This document shows, piece after piece, positions 36,101 through 47,649 of a DNA stretch of 64,000 nucleotides. Source of the DNA: Amoebophrya sp. A120 (taxonomy: Eukaryota > Protista > Dinoflagellata). The translations under genes and the position numbers were made by a program. Under the pieces are notes generated by a model that had not been told where the DNA came from, did not search any database, and was given only the letters and a program-made list of their open reading frames with translations. How positions within the stretch are numbered: position 1 is the first letter of the stretch; every line of letters starts with the position of its first letter. The DNA lies in assembly GCA_905178155.1 (NCBI GenBank), contig CAJINV010000002.1, positions 4,277,651 to 4,341,650 of the forward strand, given 5' to 3'.

Positions 36101-39100
36101 GACCTTCTGTGTCATGCAAAAGCAGCGCGATTCTTCCAGACCCAGACATTTTTACATTTGATAAAAAGGAGCAGAAAGCGAAACAGGAACAGGCCCAGGC
36201 GGAGGTGGAGAAAAAGATGATGGCTGCAAACGCCAAGGCGCTGAAAGATAGGGTGAGAAAAGACAAAGCAGAGGAGCAACTTTTGCAGAGGAAAAAAATG
36301 GGAGATATTGGAGGTCGTGGAGTTCTAGGCAATCAGAATACAGGTTCGGACAGCCAAAGCTTGTTAAACGACTTCGTTGAAGACCAGGAAAACGAACTTT
36401 CTGACCTCGATGACGATGACAACAGCGACTCCTCCAGCCACGACGGGGAAAATGGAGACAAAACCCCCGGCGCTAAAGGCGCAACGAAACCGGTCCGAAA
36501 GAGGTCGAATTTCTACTCCGCCATGGGCTACTGTCGTGAGTACGCGGTGGAACAGAACGCACTGCGCGTGAAACAGTTGATCGCGTTACGGAAAAAGGAG
36601 GCTGCGGAACGGGGGGATGTTTTCGTTGACCGACGGCCGCAGGCAGTACAGCAGCGTGCCGAGCACCAGAAAATGCTGGAACTGATTGCATCAGTGCAGG
36701 AGAACAGCCACAATGCTGCTGAGATGGCAGCTACTCGAGCAGGGGGAGAGGAAATAACTGGTCACGACCAGCAGCAGCAGTTGGTGCACTCGGATGATGT
36801 TTTTCTTGAAGGTCGTGAAGGAAGTAGAGATGGTGCGCAGCACAGCACTAACTTGCACGCGCCAGAAGTGGGAATGGACAAGCACCAGACTCCTGCTCAG
36901 GCGGAGGTTGAAGACAGGAACGTGGATGGTACAGAAGTTCTTGGTCATCCAGCCTGCTTAGGTTCTGGCGTCAGTAAAGCCATCAAACCGAACGCAAGTC
37001 CAGCCTCAAATCCGGCTGTGGTGATCCCACCAGCAGCAGGTGGAGCCACGACGACGACCCCAGCGCCTCCCTCCACGCCGAATCTCCATTCCTTGCCTAC
37101 CGGCAATATCAACTCCCTGCACCCGGCGCGGAACAGCACCAAGAACCACAATCGCTCGTGCCTCGGGGACACTATCCCTCCAATCAAGATCATCCCCGGC
37201 GTGGATACTTGTTTGGGCACGAAGCGACGCCGGCAAAACATGATGTTCAGCAACTGCAAGGCGCCGGTCGTGATCGACGAGGAATTGCTGAAAGTCATAG
37301 AAGCAGAGGAACGGGTGGAGGCGCTCGCTGCGGCAAAAGCGGCTGCGATTGCAGCTGCGGCGGCCGCGGCACAAGCGCAAGAAGCTGGAGCTGCTGTAGA
37401 AGCAGAAGAAGGCGAAAATGTTGACGAGAGCGAAGGCTTTGGTCGTCGTGCTCAACCTGTCGTTCCCACGTCCACCAACGTTGAGCCTCCCGCTTCCGAA
37501 GATTGTTCTGACGGTGGAACGATTTCCCCCATGGTTGTAACACGAAGTGTATCAAAAGGAAAAATCCCCCCTCCCCATATCGAAAAGGCATGTTTCCGAA
37601 AATTTGTGTTGCTGATTTGAGGTCACAAATCACATTTGTCTTGCAAGGAGACAAGGGCAGAAGCTTGCGCCCCACTATGGAAGCGATTTGTCATGCTGTT
37701 GGGCCTAAAGGGGAGCCGTTTGCCATGCTAAACAACTAGACCCATAGGCCCCTATCTAGCTGAGCATCTGGCCGCAGTGCTTCTCTGCAATACAAACCTG
37801 ATTTGTGTACTCAAATACAGCAACACAAATTTCGTTTTCGATATGGGGAGGGGGGATTTTTCCTTCTGATAAAGTGGTGTTGTGACAACAACTACGACGA
37901 CAACTACAGCTCCTGGGGATGAAGAGGGTGAGCATCAATCTACTTGTTCCAACATCAATTCCGTAGATGCGAAGACCAAGCCCAAGCCCTGCGAGGACCA
38001 CGTTCAATTTTCGCCTCTGAAAGAGCACGAGTTCGCAAACTTGAGGCTGCTGATGAACGGGGATAGGGAGAATGCTGTGGTGGATATTGAAGACGAGGAA
38101 GATCTTGAACTACAGGTAAAAATCCAAGGTGACCACGGCAACATTGAACTGCCGTTGCAAGAACAAGTGGCTCCTTTCGAAGGAGGTCGAGGCCCTGACC
38201 GGCCGGCGGCACACGGGCTGCCGATGGAGGAGGCTCCGACAGATCATGCGGCAGCTGTTGAAGATGAAGATCAGCATCACGACGAGCAGCATCCACATCT
38301 TTCCGGGCTACCTGCAGGAGCTTCTACAACTTCTAAGAGGCCTCCTCGTCTTGCTACAGTTACTGGGGAATTGATAAAGGAACAGGAAGAACAAGAAGCT
38401 GAAAAGAAGAACGCTGATCATCTACTTGCTGCTGTAGTTGATGTCCCTGCACCAGGTGCAGCAGCGGCCACCAAGACGTTCTCTTCTACCTCCCCAGCGG
38501 TTGGAGCGAGCAAGAACCTCCTCGAAAGAACCCTTGCTACCTTAGACGAGAGTCAACTAGAACCGGATCCCCGTGCGATGCCGATCACGATATCCTGTGC
38601 AAAAGTGTCTGGGTCTGGAAGGTTGGAACTTGTGATGCTATCTTCGGACTCTAAAAAAATCTGTATTGCATGACCAGCGAGAGGAGTCTAGTTTGTGCTA
38701 CGCGGGGAGGGCATTTATCATGCGGAGTAGGCATCAGGAAGCCCGCTGAAAATCTGTGATGCTAGACCGTGCATTACAGACATCCTGGGTCATGCAAGAT
38801 CTGCATGACAAATCCTGCAACATTCGAGACCCAGACACTTTTGCATTTGATACACGACCGATAAGTACAACATCAAAAAGGACTACTTCCGCAATAAGGA
38901 CCGCCACTACCACAAATCGTTGAAGCAGCACTGCGCGAAGTTCTGCGACGAGTTGATGAACGGCAAACCGGACCCGATCCCGCCGGTCAGATCCCTCGGC
39001 GTGGATTTCCTGGACCCGAGAGAAGCGATCACCGCGATCAACCAGCAACTATGCATTGCAAATATGTCTGAATCTGGAAGCTTGTGATGCTAATGTCCGA

Positions 39101-42100
39101 ATGATACGCGAACTGTATTGCGGAGCCGCGCATGACAGGTTTCTGGGTGGCTACGTCTAGCGTTAAGCGCATGACGAATTGCCTTTTTGCATGGCAAACA
39201 AGTTTCGTTGTAGCGCAACAAGCTGCATCACAGACTTTTCTGCATTGTCGGCCGAGCATGACAAACTTGCATCCTTCCAGACCCAGACATGTTTGTACTT
39301 GATAGCAACTGCCGTTTTTCAAAACCCACGGGCACCAATCGCAGGAATTGCCCACCAGTGAACTGCTGAAGGAGAATTTGTGCGAGTTGATCAAGGAGCA
39401 GGAATTGCAACAACTCCAAGCCGAGGTCTGTCCGCCGAAAAAGTGCTCGCAGGCGGTGAACTCCATTTTGAACAACCACGTTTCGATATTACAGTGAAAA
39501 ATGCCCCCACCCCAAATGTTGCAATAACAATAACTTGTGATGCGAAGTTTCCAAATGAATTTTTTTTGTCATGCATGAAAGGACTACGAATTATCTTTCG
39601 GATGCGCAATCCAGTCGTATCCAGCACCGCTTGCATGACAAGCGCCGCTCCTACTGGGATCTTTTGCAATGCAAATTTCTTCTATTCACGATCGAAATAA
39701 ATCTGTGATGCTGATACAGGCAAGAGGGCGAGTGTTTCCATTGGAAAGGTTTGCAATACAAACACTCCCAAGTTCTGGGGTGGGGACACTTTGCCACACA
39801 ATATTCGAATAACACCATGACCCGCGGGCAAAGGATTCAGAGGCTACAGTTGGAGAACAGCCGGAATCAAACGATCATCCGGCAGATTCCGTTTATGACG
39901 GAGGAAGAGCGGCATGCGTTGGCGATCTCCCTCGGCACCGGGGAGCTGAACATCGTGAGTCAGAACGAGGGGGTCCACGGAATGGACGATTTGCGTAGCT
40001 TTGCGACGACCTCCGTGGAAGACGACTTATTCGAGGAAGTTGGTCTGCTCGGAACGGGACAGCAGTCGCAGGCCCAGCAAGAGATGACGGCGCTGATGAA
40101 AAAGGAGATCTTGAAGTACGACGAGAAAAGCGGCAAGGTGAAAATATGCATTGCAAATGTGTCTGAGTCTGGAAGAGTGTGACTTGTCATGCTAGGTATG
40201 CAGCATTCTGCAAAAATCTGTGTTGCATGATTACCAAAAAATGCTGTCGACTTCTGACCAAATTGTAATTGAGAGGGAGTTTCTCATGTAGGACAGGCAA
40301 GATAGAGATCTCACAGACTTTGTCATGCTAGTTCCTGCGTTCCAGACGTCATCATGGCTCATGGCAAATCTGCATCACAAAGGCATCCTTCCAGATGACC
40401 CAGACATATTTGCATTTGATAGAAAATCAACATTAACAAAATTTTGTCGGGGAAAAGCACGAATGGGCGGACGCCTTGTGGAAACAAGTACAACAAGGGA
40501 AAAGGTGTTAAACAAGCACACGAAACGAAGAACGACGATGCTGACAAGCATGACAAACAGCGGCAGCTTGATACTATCCCTGACTTCACCGAAGAACTCC
40601 AGAAGCAACAAGAAGAGGAAGAGCAGAAGGAGCTGATTCAGCAGGCTCTGGAGCAATTGAACAGAAAAACAGAGATGGAACTGACGTACGCGACGACTGG
40701 AGCTGCTGCTTCGGCCCCTTCTCCTGCTGGCTTTGAGGAATTCTCGTCCACAGGAGCAACATCGGCGCTGAATATGAAAACAACGAAAAAACGGCTCGCG
40801 CCCCCGGGTCTCTCGCCACCAGTAGCCCGGCCGAAGAGAGCTGCGATCACTTCCGCTTCTTGCTCCGCGAGAACATCATCTGTACAACAAAATCCGCAAT
40901 CTACCCTGCTCTCCGCCATCACAGAGTACGAGGATCTTTTTTCCTCCGAAAGTCTCCAGCTTCCGGATATGACGATCGAGGAATCCAAGGAATTCTACCA
41001 GGAATACGAAGCGGAAATTCTCTACAACGCGAGGGCTTTAAGGAAATTAGAACGGTATCGGGAATACGCCAAAGGGTTTCGCCCGCGCACTTTCGACATG
41101 GACCGGGAGGGAGCGCATTTGCTCTCCTTGACAAAGGAGGAAATTGAAGAGTTCGAACCGCCGACGGTGATCAACTTGCATGCCGCGTTTGACGAGTGCC
41201 CTCTGTCCCGGGAGATCTGCAACTGCGGGTGTTTGCACAACGTGAACGGGTTTCGGGATATTGACGAGTATCCTGAGTAAAAACGTCCCCACACCAGAGT
41301 TGTCATGCAAATCTGCATGCTTAAAATGTTTCTCATGCGGAGCCCCATGAGGAGCATTTTGTAATGGTGTTTTGAAATTTGTCATGCTCCAATCAGCATG
41401 AGAGACTAGCTCTGCAATGCTGCTGAACTAGCTCAAACAGCACTACACTACGCGTCCAAATTTGTCATGCGAAACAGCCAAAGCTTGTGGATTTGTCTAG
41501 CCGATTCCCCATCTTGGCTATGGGGTGGGTACGTTTTTAGATAGGATAATGAGTTGATTGAGTTCTGCGAGGAATGCGACATGGAAGATGATAAAGGTCG
41601 ATATGGGAGTGTCAGGTTTGAAATCGACAAAGTTGAAATAATTTGTCATGCATAAAATGGATGCCAGTTAGACCTGCAGTTTGTAGTCGGTGCATGACAA
41701 ATTTTCCCGGTCCTGAAAGCGAGTCTGTCATGCGGTTTAGGGGAAAAGAGCTGCCTTCTGTCATGCTAGTCAGCAGTCCAACTTTTGACCCTTACCAGGA
41801 CTATAATCTGCCTCCCTTGCGTCCTCTGCAATAGAGTCACTTTTTGCATCGCATTTTATGCATTACAAGTTTTTTCAACTTTGTCGATTTCAACTCTGAC
41901 ACATCCATAGTCGAGGAGGCGAAGGTAGAACATCTTCAAAAGAGGAGCCATACGTTGAAGATATCAACCCCGACGGCAGTACTATCAGAAGTATGGGTAG
42001 TGGTAGTGGTACGACTTCTATGAGCACCAACATGAACAACAAGCAGCTCATGAACATCCCTCACGGCAATTCGGGTGCGAGCAGTGTCGGGGTACTGGAA

Positions 42101-45100
42101 ACCAGTTCCTGTCTGCAACAGCCGAAACTCTCCGCGGATGAAGAGGTATGCAATACAAATTTCCCGTACATGTGCAACACGCATCACAAATTTCACCAAT
42201 TTGGAGCGCAACACTTGTCATGCTTAACTAGGATCGAAGCCAAGTTTTGTCATGCAGAGACCGCATCTGTACGTCGTGTACGGGAAATTTACTGTGCATA
42301 GGAGGCCATGATGTACAACAAGCAACAGATGGACCGCTGGAAGACGGAAAATACGCATTGCAAAAGTATCGTACTAGCATAAATTGCATTACAGATTTCC
42401 TGAGTATGTGAAATGGAATTTGTCATGCTGTTTTAGCTTAGGAAGGAGATTTGTCATGCATATTCGCAATTAGTACGAGTGCGATACTTTTGCACATGAT
42501 AGAAAAGCAGTCGAAACAACTCCAAGACGCGCTCGGCAGCCCGTTTGCGCGGAAGATGGGAGTGGCGAACTACAAAAGCAGCAGGGAAAATTATGCAAAC
42601 AAGAAGAACTCTTTGGAAAGAAAGGACATCACCAAGAATGCTGGAGGTTGTGGGTCGATTGACATGTTCGCGCCGTTAGATGATCATGAGATGCTGGACG
42701 AAGAGTATCATCTTCCACCCGGGCAGGACGTCGCGCACAATTCCCCGGGAAGTAGTTCATCAGCATCCGCTCTTGCTAAAAACCGCGGAATAGTAGATCG
42801 TGGCCCACTAACCGGTGTCCCGGAGCGGTTGATGAATCGCAGTCCTTCCCAGTTCGACCTAGATGTTATGCATTGCAAAAGTATCGTATTCGTATAAATG
42901 CAATACAAAGTTCTGCAGCATGAGAAATAAAATTTGTAATGCAGATTTCGCTTAAGAAAGGGATTTGTAATGCATGATTGCAATACGAGTGCGATACTTT
43001 TGCACAGGATAGATGTTGCACTGGCGCAATCCAGTTGCGCGGGAAGCAGCAGCGCGGCTTCTTGCAGTGGCAGTGTGAAAAATGATCATCTACTCAATGG
43101 AGGTGGTGCACTAGACAACAAGACGACTTCATCTCAAGCTGGTGGTGCTGCGACTACAGGAGGCGGCCTGTTCGGACACAGTTCCAGCACCACCCGGGAC
43201 GAGCTGCTCAACGAGCAGGGGCCGAACCTCTCGAACAGCCGGAAGATCCGGGAGTGGCAGCTGCGCGACCCGGCCCGGCACCTGTACATCGGGCGTCCCT
43301 CGATTTGGGGAAATCCTTTCAGACTCGGCGGTCACAACGGCGACGACCGATTTGTCGTGATTGAAAAGTACGAGCATTATTTACTGTATCAGCACCCCGA
43401 CATTCTCCAGCATTTAGATAACCTCCGGGGAAAAGTTTTAGGCTGCTGGTGCCACCCGGAGCCCTGTCACGCGCACGTGCTGCAGAAACTGTACATTAAA
43501 CGGCAAAAAGCGATGAAAGAACGGAGTTGCATGAGCAACATCTACACCACGAACCCGTTTTTGTTCAAGAACGGCCGCTACGGCGCGGGGCCCACGTCTG
43601 GGGGGTGTTTCAACACGACATTTGACCCGTTGTTGCCGCTCAGAACCGGGGGCTGCAACGTCTACGTCGGCATGGGTGCAGCGGGGAAAAAACGGAAGTG
43701 GAACCGCATGGCGAAGCAGGACGCGAAGAACAAAACCCACGACTTGATAGACGAGAAAAACTCGGCGATTGTGTCCACCAACACCAACTTCGAGACGGAA
43801 GCGCAACTCCGGCTATTCAAGTACAAACTGGCGAAGGCGTTTCGCCACGACGCAGTCGGGCTGAATATGAATTGCAAAAATGTCTGGGTCTGGAAGATTG
43901 CAACTTCTCATGCTGTCTTTGGATTCCAAAAAAATCTGTATTGCGTGACCAACAACAGGAGTCCATTTTGTGTTACGCGGAGAGGACATTTCTCATGCGG
44001 AATAGGCATCAGGAAGCCCTCTAAAAATCTGTGATGCTAGATCATGCATCACGTGCATTATGGCTCATACAGAATACGCATCACAAATCCCGGAATCTTC
44101 CAGACCCAGACATTTTTACAGTTGATACTGAAGGAACTGTTGCAAATGACGGCCATGGCGAAGCAGGGGTTACCCTTGGTGAATCAGTTCACGGTTGGGG
44201 TGCATATCAAATGGAAAAATGTCTGGGTCTGGAAACTTGTGATGCAAGTCAGTCAATAACAAATGCACTGTAATGGTAATGCGCCGCCAAGCAAGAGAAG
44301 TTGCTTCGTGCTTCTGTGCCGCGTATTCCGCATGAGAAACTGCGTTTTTGCATGACAGGCGAGAGAGGCTGTTTCTGGCCACGCAATACAGATTTTAGGG
44401 CCATGCCAGATCATCATGACAAATCTCGCAATCTTCCAGACCCAGACATTTTTGCACTTGATAGTGCAGATTCTGCAGCAAAATGGGCAGCTGAAAAACC
44501 GGGACATCGGGCACAACAGCAGCTACAACAACACTATCAAACCGCCCACAGTCCCGGCGAAGTTGAACCGCGCCATATTACCATGAAAAATGCCCCCACC
44601 CCCAAAGTTGCAATACTTTGTGATGCGAAGTTTCCAAATGAAAACTTTTTGTCATGCATGAAAGGAGTATGAATCTTTGCGATGCAGAGTCTAGGCGTAT
44701 ATAGCAGTGCTTGCATGACAAGCGCCACTCTTGCTGGGATCTGTTGCAATACAAATCTTCGCTATTCACGATTGGAAATCTGTGATGCTGCTAGATGCAA
44801 GAGGGCGAGTGTTTCTGTTGGAAAGGTTTGCAATGCAAATGCTCCCAAGTTCGGGGGTGGGGGCGTTTTTCATTGTGATACGCCAGGATCTGGCAACTGA
44901 TGAAACAGTGGATGGGTAACTCTTGCGAGCAGTTCGGCTGTATATGAACTGCAAAAGTATCGTGCTCGTACTAATTGCAGTTATGCATGACAAATTTCCT
45001 TTCCAAGGTAAAACAGCATGACAAGTGGAGTTTTTCATGCTGAGAAAATTTGTAATGCAATTTATACTAGTATGATGGTTTTGCAATTCATACTGTAGTA

Positions 45101-47649
45101 CCTTTTACGAGCTGCCCGGTTGTACTGGTGGTTCCCCGGACGGGGCGGAAAGCAGTGGTCACCCAACTACTACGTGTACTACTTCCAGCAACCGTTCTTC
45201 TTCTGTTTTCTGTCCACAGGGCGGGTCTTCTTTTGGGATGATGATGAAAAACGGAGGTTCCTGCTGGAGTTACCGCGCATATGATGAAGTGGCGCAGCAG
45301 CAGGACAAGCACAACTCTGGTCGTCTTTGCAGTTACAACAAGCCTGGGCGAGTCGCGGAAGAAGTTCCGAGGCAACTCCTGCCCACTTCAAGTTCTTCTG
45401 CCGCGAATAAAATCATGACCACCTCCGCAAATGTTAAAACCGACACTGCGGGAGGCAGAGTGTTGAGTTCGGTTGATGTTGCCCACGACGTCGTTAATAG
45501 AGCTCCTACGAACAACATCAAAGGGATGTTAAACACCAAGGCGAACGCGACTACTAGCACAAGCAGTTCCACGTCCACCTGTGTGATCCAGGAAAATAAC
45601 GTCAACTTGGTGGACGTCGAAGCTGCCGAAGAACGACAAAACAGCCGCATCTGTCCGACTACCGCCATGGACATCCTCCGGAACCTGAACCTGGATTTCC
45701 TAAGCCCTCAAGTCGTGCAGAATTTGAGCGAAGAGCAGAAGCAGCAGATCCGCGAATTGCAGAAGGAACAAAGCAGAAACTCGAGGATGTCATCCTCGTC
45801 CAGTATGTGTAACTCATCTTGTTCCAGAGGAAGGAACTCAACACACAACTTATCGGACGAAGCAGCGGCCGCCCAGCGGATGGAGCAGGCGGTGAAGAGA
45901 TATCAACTGCAAAAATGTCTGGGTCTGGAAGAATGCAGCTTGTCATGCTAAATCTGAAGCATGCAAAAATCTGTGTTGCGTGATTACCAAAAGTCATCCA
46001 GTTTTGGCTAAGTCGGGAGGGAGTTTCTCGTGCAGGATAGGCATGAGAGAGATCGCAAAGAATCTGTCACGCTAGGTCCTGCATTCCAGGCCTCGTGGGT
46101 CATGGAAAAGCTGCATGACAAGTCGCGCACTCTTCCAGACCCAGACATTTTTGCATTTGATAAGAGAGCGAGTGCGACGATGATGAACAGAACAGCTACA
46201 AACATGATGCCACTCTCACCGGGGCCGGTTCCTTCAAGTACTGCTGCAGAATTAGGTGGAGCTCAACCTCGTGCAGTGACAGTTGTACTAGGTGGTGAAC
46301 AGCCTCCAGCAGCAGGAACAAATATGACTAAGGCAACGGGCAAGTACAAGAAAAACAAAGAGCACGAAATCACGAAAATGGGGCTGATGAACCCTACCTA
46401 CGCGCTAGAACAACAACAGGAGATGATGAAAATGGCTGCGTCGGGCGGCGCGACCACAGTGTTGCCTCTTGGAAATGAATTCTCACAAGAAAGCCACCAG
46501 GTGGACCAGCTTGAGGTTTACTCTTGCAACGGGCAGGAGGACTCGGGTCTTTTGGACGATAGTCATAGTAGTAGTGCCCTGGATATTAGCAATGCCACAA
46601 TTTTTACGCCTGCTGCGGGACCACGAACATCAAATGGAGTTGTGAAAAATGTGCAAGCTCCTGGTGTCGAGCAGGCGATGAACAAGGAAATACTAGAACA
46701 AGACAAAATGTTAACCGGTTCTACTACTAGTAGCTACAATCCGCCCTACGGCGCTCCACTAAGATTAAGACGGATCCAGCAAATCCGGGGGCCAGTTGGT
46801 CGGGACCCACCAGGAAGTGCAGGTTCGGCTGGCTCATCATTATCATCAGCAACATCTCCCAGCGACGAGGAGGAGAACAACAACTTCGCTCATGAAAGTA
46901 GAAACTCTGTTGCAGCGAGCCAAGATGTTGGTGAACATCACGGCTCTACTGTAGCTCTGAAGCGGCGTTCTTCTTCAGATAAAGATTTTGGACCGGCGAC
47001 ACAACAACTTCGCACCTCTGCCGCAATGGAATTATACTACGAGGACGATGTTGATGACCTCCACTTTGATCAACGTTACTTCATGGCGAGGAACAGCAGG
47101 ACGAGCGGGGAAGATGATGACCACACTAGTGGAGTTCTTGCCCGTCGAAGATCTACTTCCCATCATGATTCCATCGCTTCTAGTTCTAGGTCCTCCACTA
47201 CAACTTCTTCGGGCACCACCCGAAATAGACGAACTACGGGCGGAACAACAACTACAAGACCAGCACACATAAATCCTCCCACTACCACTTTCGCCTCCCA
47301 GTACTTTTCGAACGTGACTACCGACGCGACCAAGTACATGAACAAAGCGTTGAGCTTCTTCTCCGACTCCGTTTTAAGTAATTCCTTTACCTGGAAGCAA
47401 GTGCAAAAGCTGAAAGGCGACGTTGAGAAAGAGGAGAATGCGACTCAAGATAAAGAACCTCTACCGGGGCAAGAATCTAGGAGATCCTCCTTGAACATGA
47501 ACGCTGGTGGAGCTGCAGAGGTGGACGAGCAGCCTGTTGGTGCAATGCCAATGGGAGTGCGCTACGCAGGACATCGGGGCGCGGGAGGAGTTCTTCATCT
47601 TGCGCCGCGTCAATCATACGTTGCAGACGATTTCGATCCGGTGGATTAA
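30105..47649 (+). CDS. Giant (~4016 aa) largely low-complexity protein with a DUF4326-like domain; 19 TIR elements and 2 GT-AG introns; start codon uncertain
   Basis: Removing all 21 intervening sequences gives 12051 nt, in frame at every junction. YIGRPSIWGNPF...LRGKVLGCWCHPEPCHAHVL lies at ~43285-43485. Confidence 0.8.
30365..30573. mobile_element. TIR introner-like element (GTGTAAGTGTAA family)
   Basis: TATCCAAGAAAAAAAGTGTGTAAGTGTAAC TIR, DR TCACA/TCAGA. Confidence 0.92.
30631..30775. mobile_element. TIR introner-like element (TGCAAAAGTATC family, 145 bp)
   Basis: DR TGTTG/TGCTG; near-identical reverse complement of 42867-43011. Confidence 0.93.
30923..31045 (+). other. Canonical GT-AG intron
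   Basis: G|GTACTT...TTTTTCAG|GT, T-rich, frame kept (AAAG-RRS). Confidence 0.7.
31806..32552. mobile_element. Large (747 bp) TIR element with TACC...GGTA ends
   Basis: ~42-bp TIR containing GAATT(T/C)TGTCTGCGGCTGAAAAATTCAAAAATT, DR GATCT; empty-site copy at 32566-32607. Confidence 0.93.
33306..33515 (+). other. Canonical GT-AG intron
   Basis: CAG|GTACTT...TTTTCACCACAG|GCC, phase 0, joins ORFs 32544 and 33474. Confidence 0.72.
35907..36163. mobile_element. TIR introner-like element (TGTCTGGGTCTGGAA family)
   Basis: TIR plus DR AAAAG; restores KEK-EQK. Confidence 0.94.
37550..37871. mobile_element. TIR introner-like element (AGGAAAAATCC family)
   Basis: TATCAAAAGGAAAAATCCCCCCTCCCCATATCGAAAA TIR, DR AAGTG. 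Confidence 0.94.
38591..38852. mobile_element. TIR introner-like element (TGTCTGGGTCTGGAA family, reversed relative to 6871)
   Basis: TATCCTGTGCAAAAGTGTCTGGGTC...GACCCAGACACTTTTGCATTTGATA, DR CACGA. Confidence 0.94.
39050..39304. mobile_element. TIR introner-like element (TGTCTGGGTCTGGAA family)
   Basis: TIR plus DR GCAAC; restores NQQ-LPFF. Confidence 0.92.
39487..39803. mobile_element. TIR introner-like element (CCCCCACCCC family)
   Basis: TATTACAGTGAAAAATGCCCCCACCCC end, DR TTCGA; homologous to 44576-44880. Confidence 0.92.
40145..40421. mobile_element. TIR introner-like element (TGTCTGGGTCTGGAA family)
   Basis: TIR plus DR GAAAA; restores KVK-ININ. Confidence 0.92.
41269..41548. mobile_element. 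TIR introner-like element (TAAAAACGT subterminal)
   Basis: TATCCTGAGTAAAAACGT...ACGTTTTTAGATAGGATA, DR ACGAG/ATGAG. Confidence 0.9.
41602..41909. mobile_element. TIR introner-like element (TTGAAATCGACAAAGTTGAAA family)
   Basis: Long TIR, DR GTCGA; related to 55159-55466 (reversed) and 60300-60611. Confidence 0.93.
42147..42300. mobile_element. TIR introner-like element (AAATTTCCCGTAC family)
   Basis: DR AGAGG/GGAGG; reverse-orientation relative at 56708-56861. Confidence 0.92.
42352..42501. mobile_element. TIR introner-like element (TGCAAAAGTATC family)
   Basis: TACGCATTGCAAAAGTATCG...CGATACTTTTGCACATGATA, DR GAAAA. Confidence 0.92.
42867..43011. mobile_element. TIR introner-like element (TGCAAAAGTATC family, 145 bp, reversed)
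   Basis: DR GATGT; reverse complement of 30631-30775. Confidence 0.94.
43866..44127. mobile_element. TIR introner-like element (TGTCTGGGTCTGGAA family)
   Basis: TIR plus DR CTGAA; restores GL-K-ELLQ. Confidence 0.93.
44205..44463. mobile_element. TIR introner-like element (TGTCTGGGTCTGGAA family)
   Basis: TIR plus DR GTGCA. Confidence 0.93.
44576..44880. mobile_element. TIR introner-like element (CCCCCACCCC family)
   Basis: TATTACCATGAAAAATGCCCCCACCCCC...GGGGGTGGGGGCGTTTTTCATTGTGATA, DR CGCCA. Confidence 0.94.
44943..45092. mobile_element. TIR introner-like element (TGCAAAAGTATC family)
   Basis: TATGAACTGCAAAA...TTTTGCAATTCATA, DR CTGTA. Confidence 0.93.
45901..46162. mobile_element. TIR introner-like element (TGTCTGGGTCTGGAA family)
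   Basis: TIR plus DR AGAGA; restores VKR-ASAT. Confidence 0.94.

Noticed and set aside
35907-46162. CRISPR-like array (repeats separated by unique sequence)
   Set aside because: The repeats are inverted pairs with irregular spacing, the spacers are exons, and no cas genes are present.
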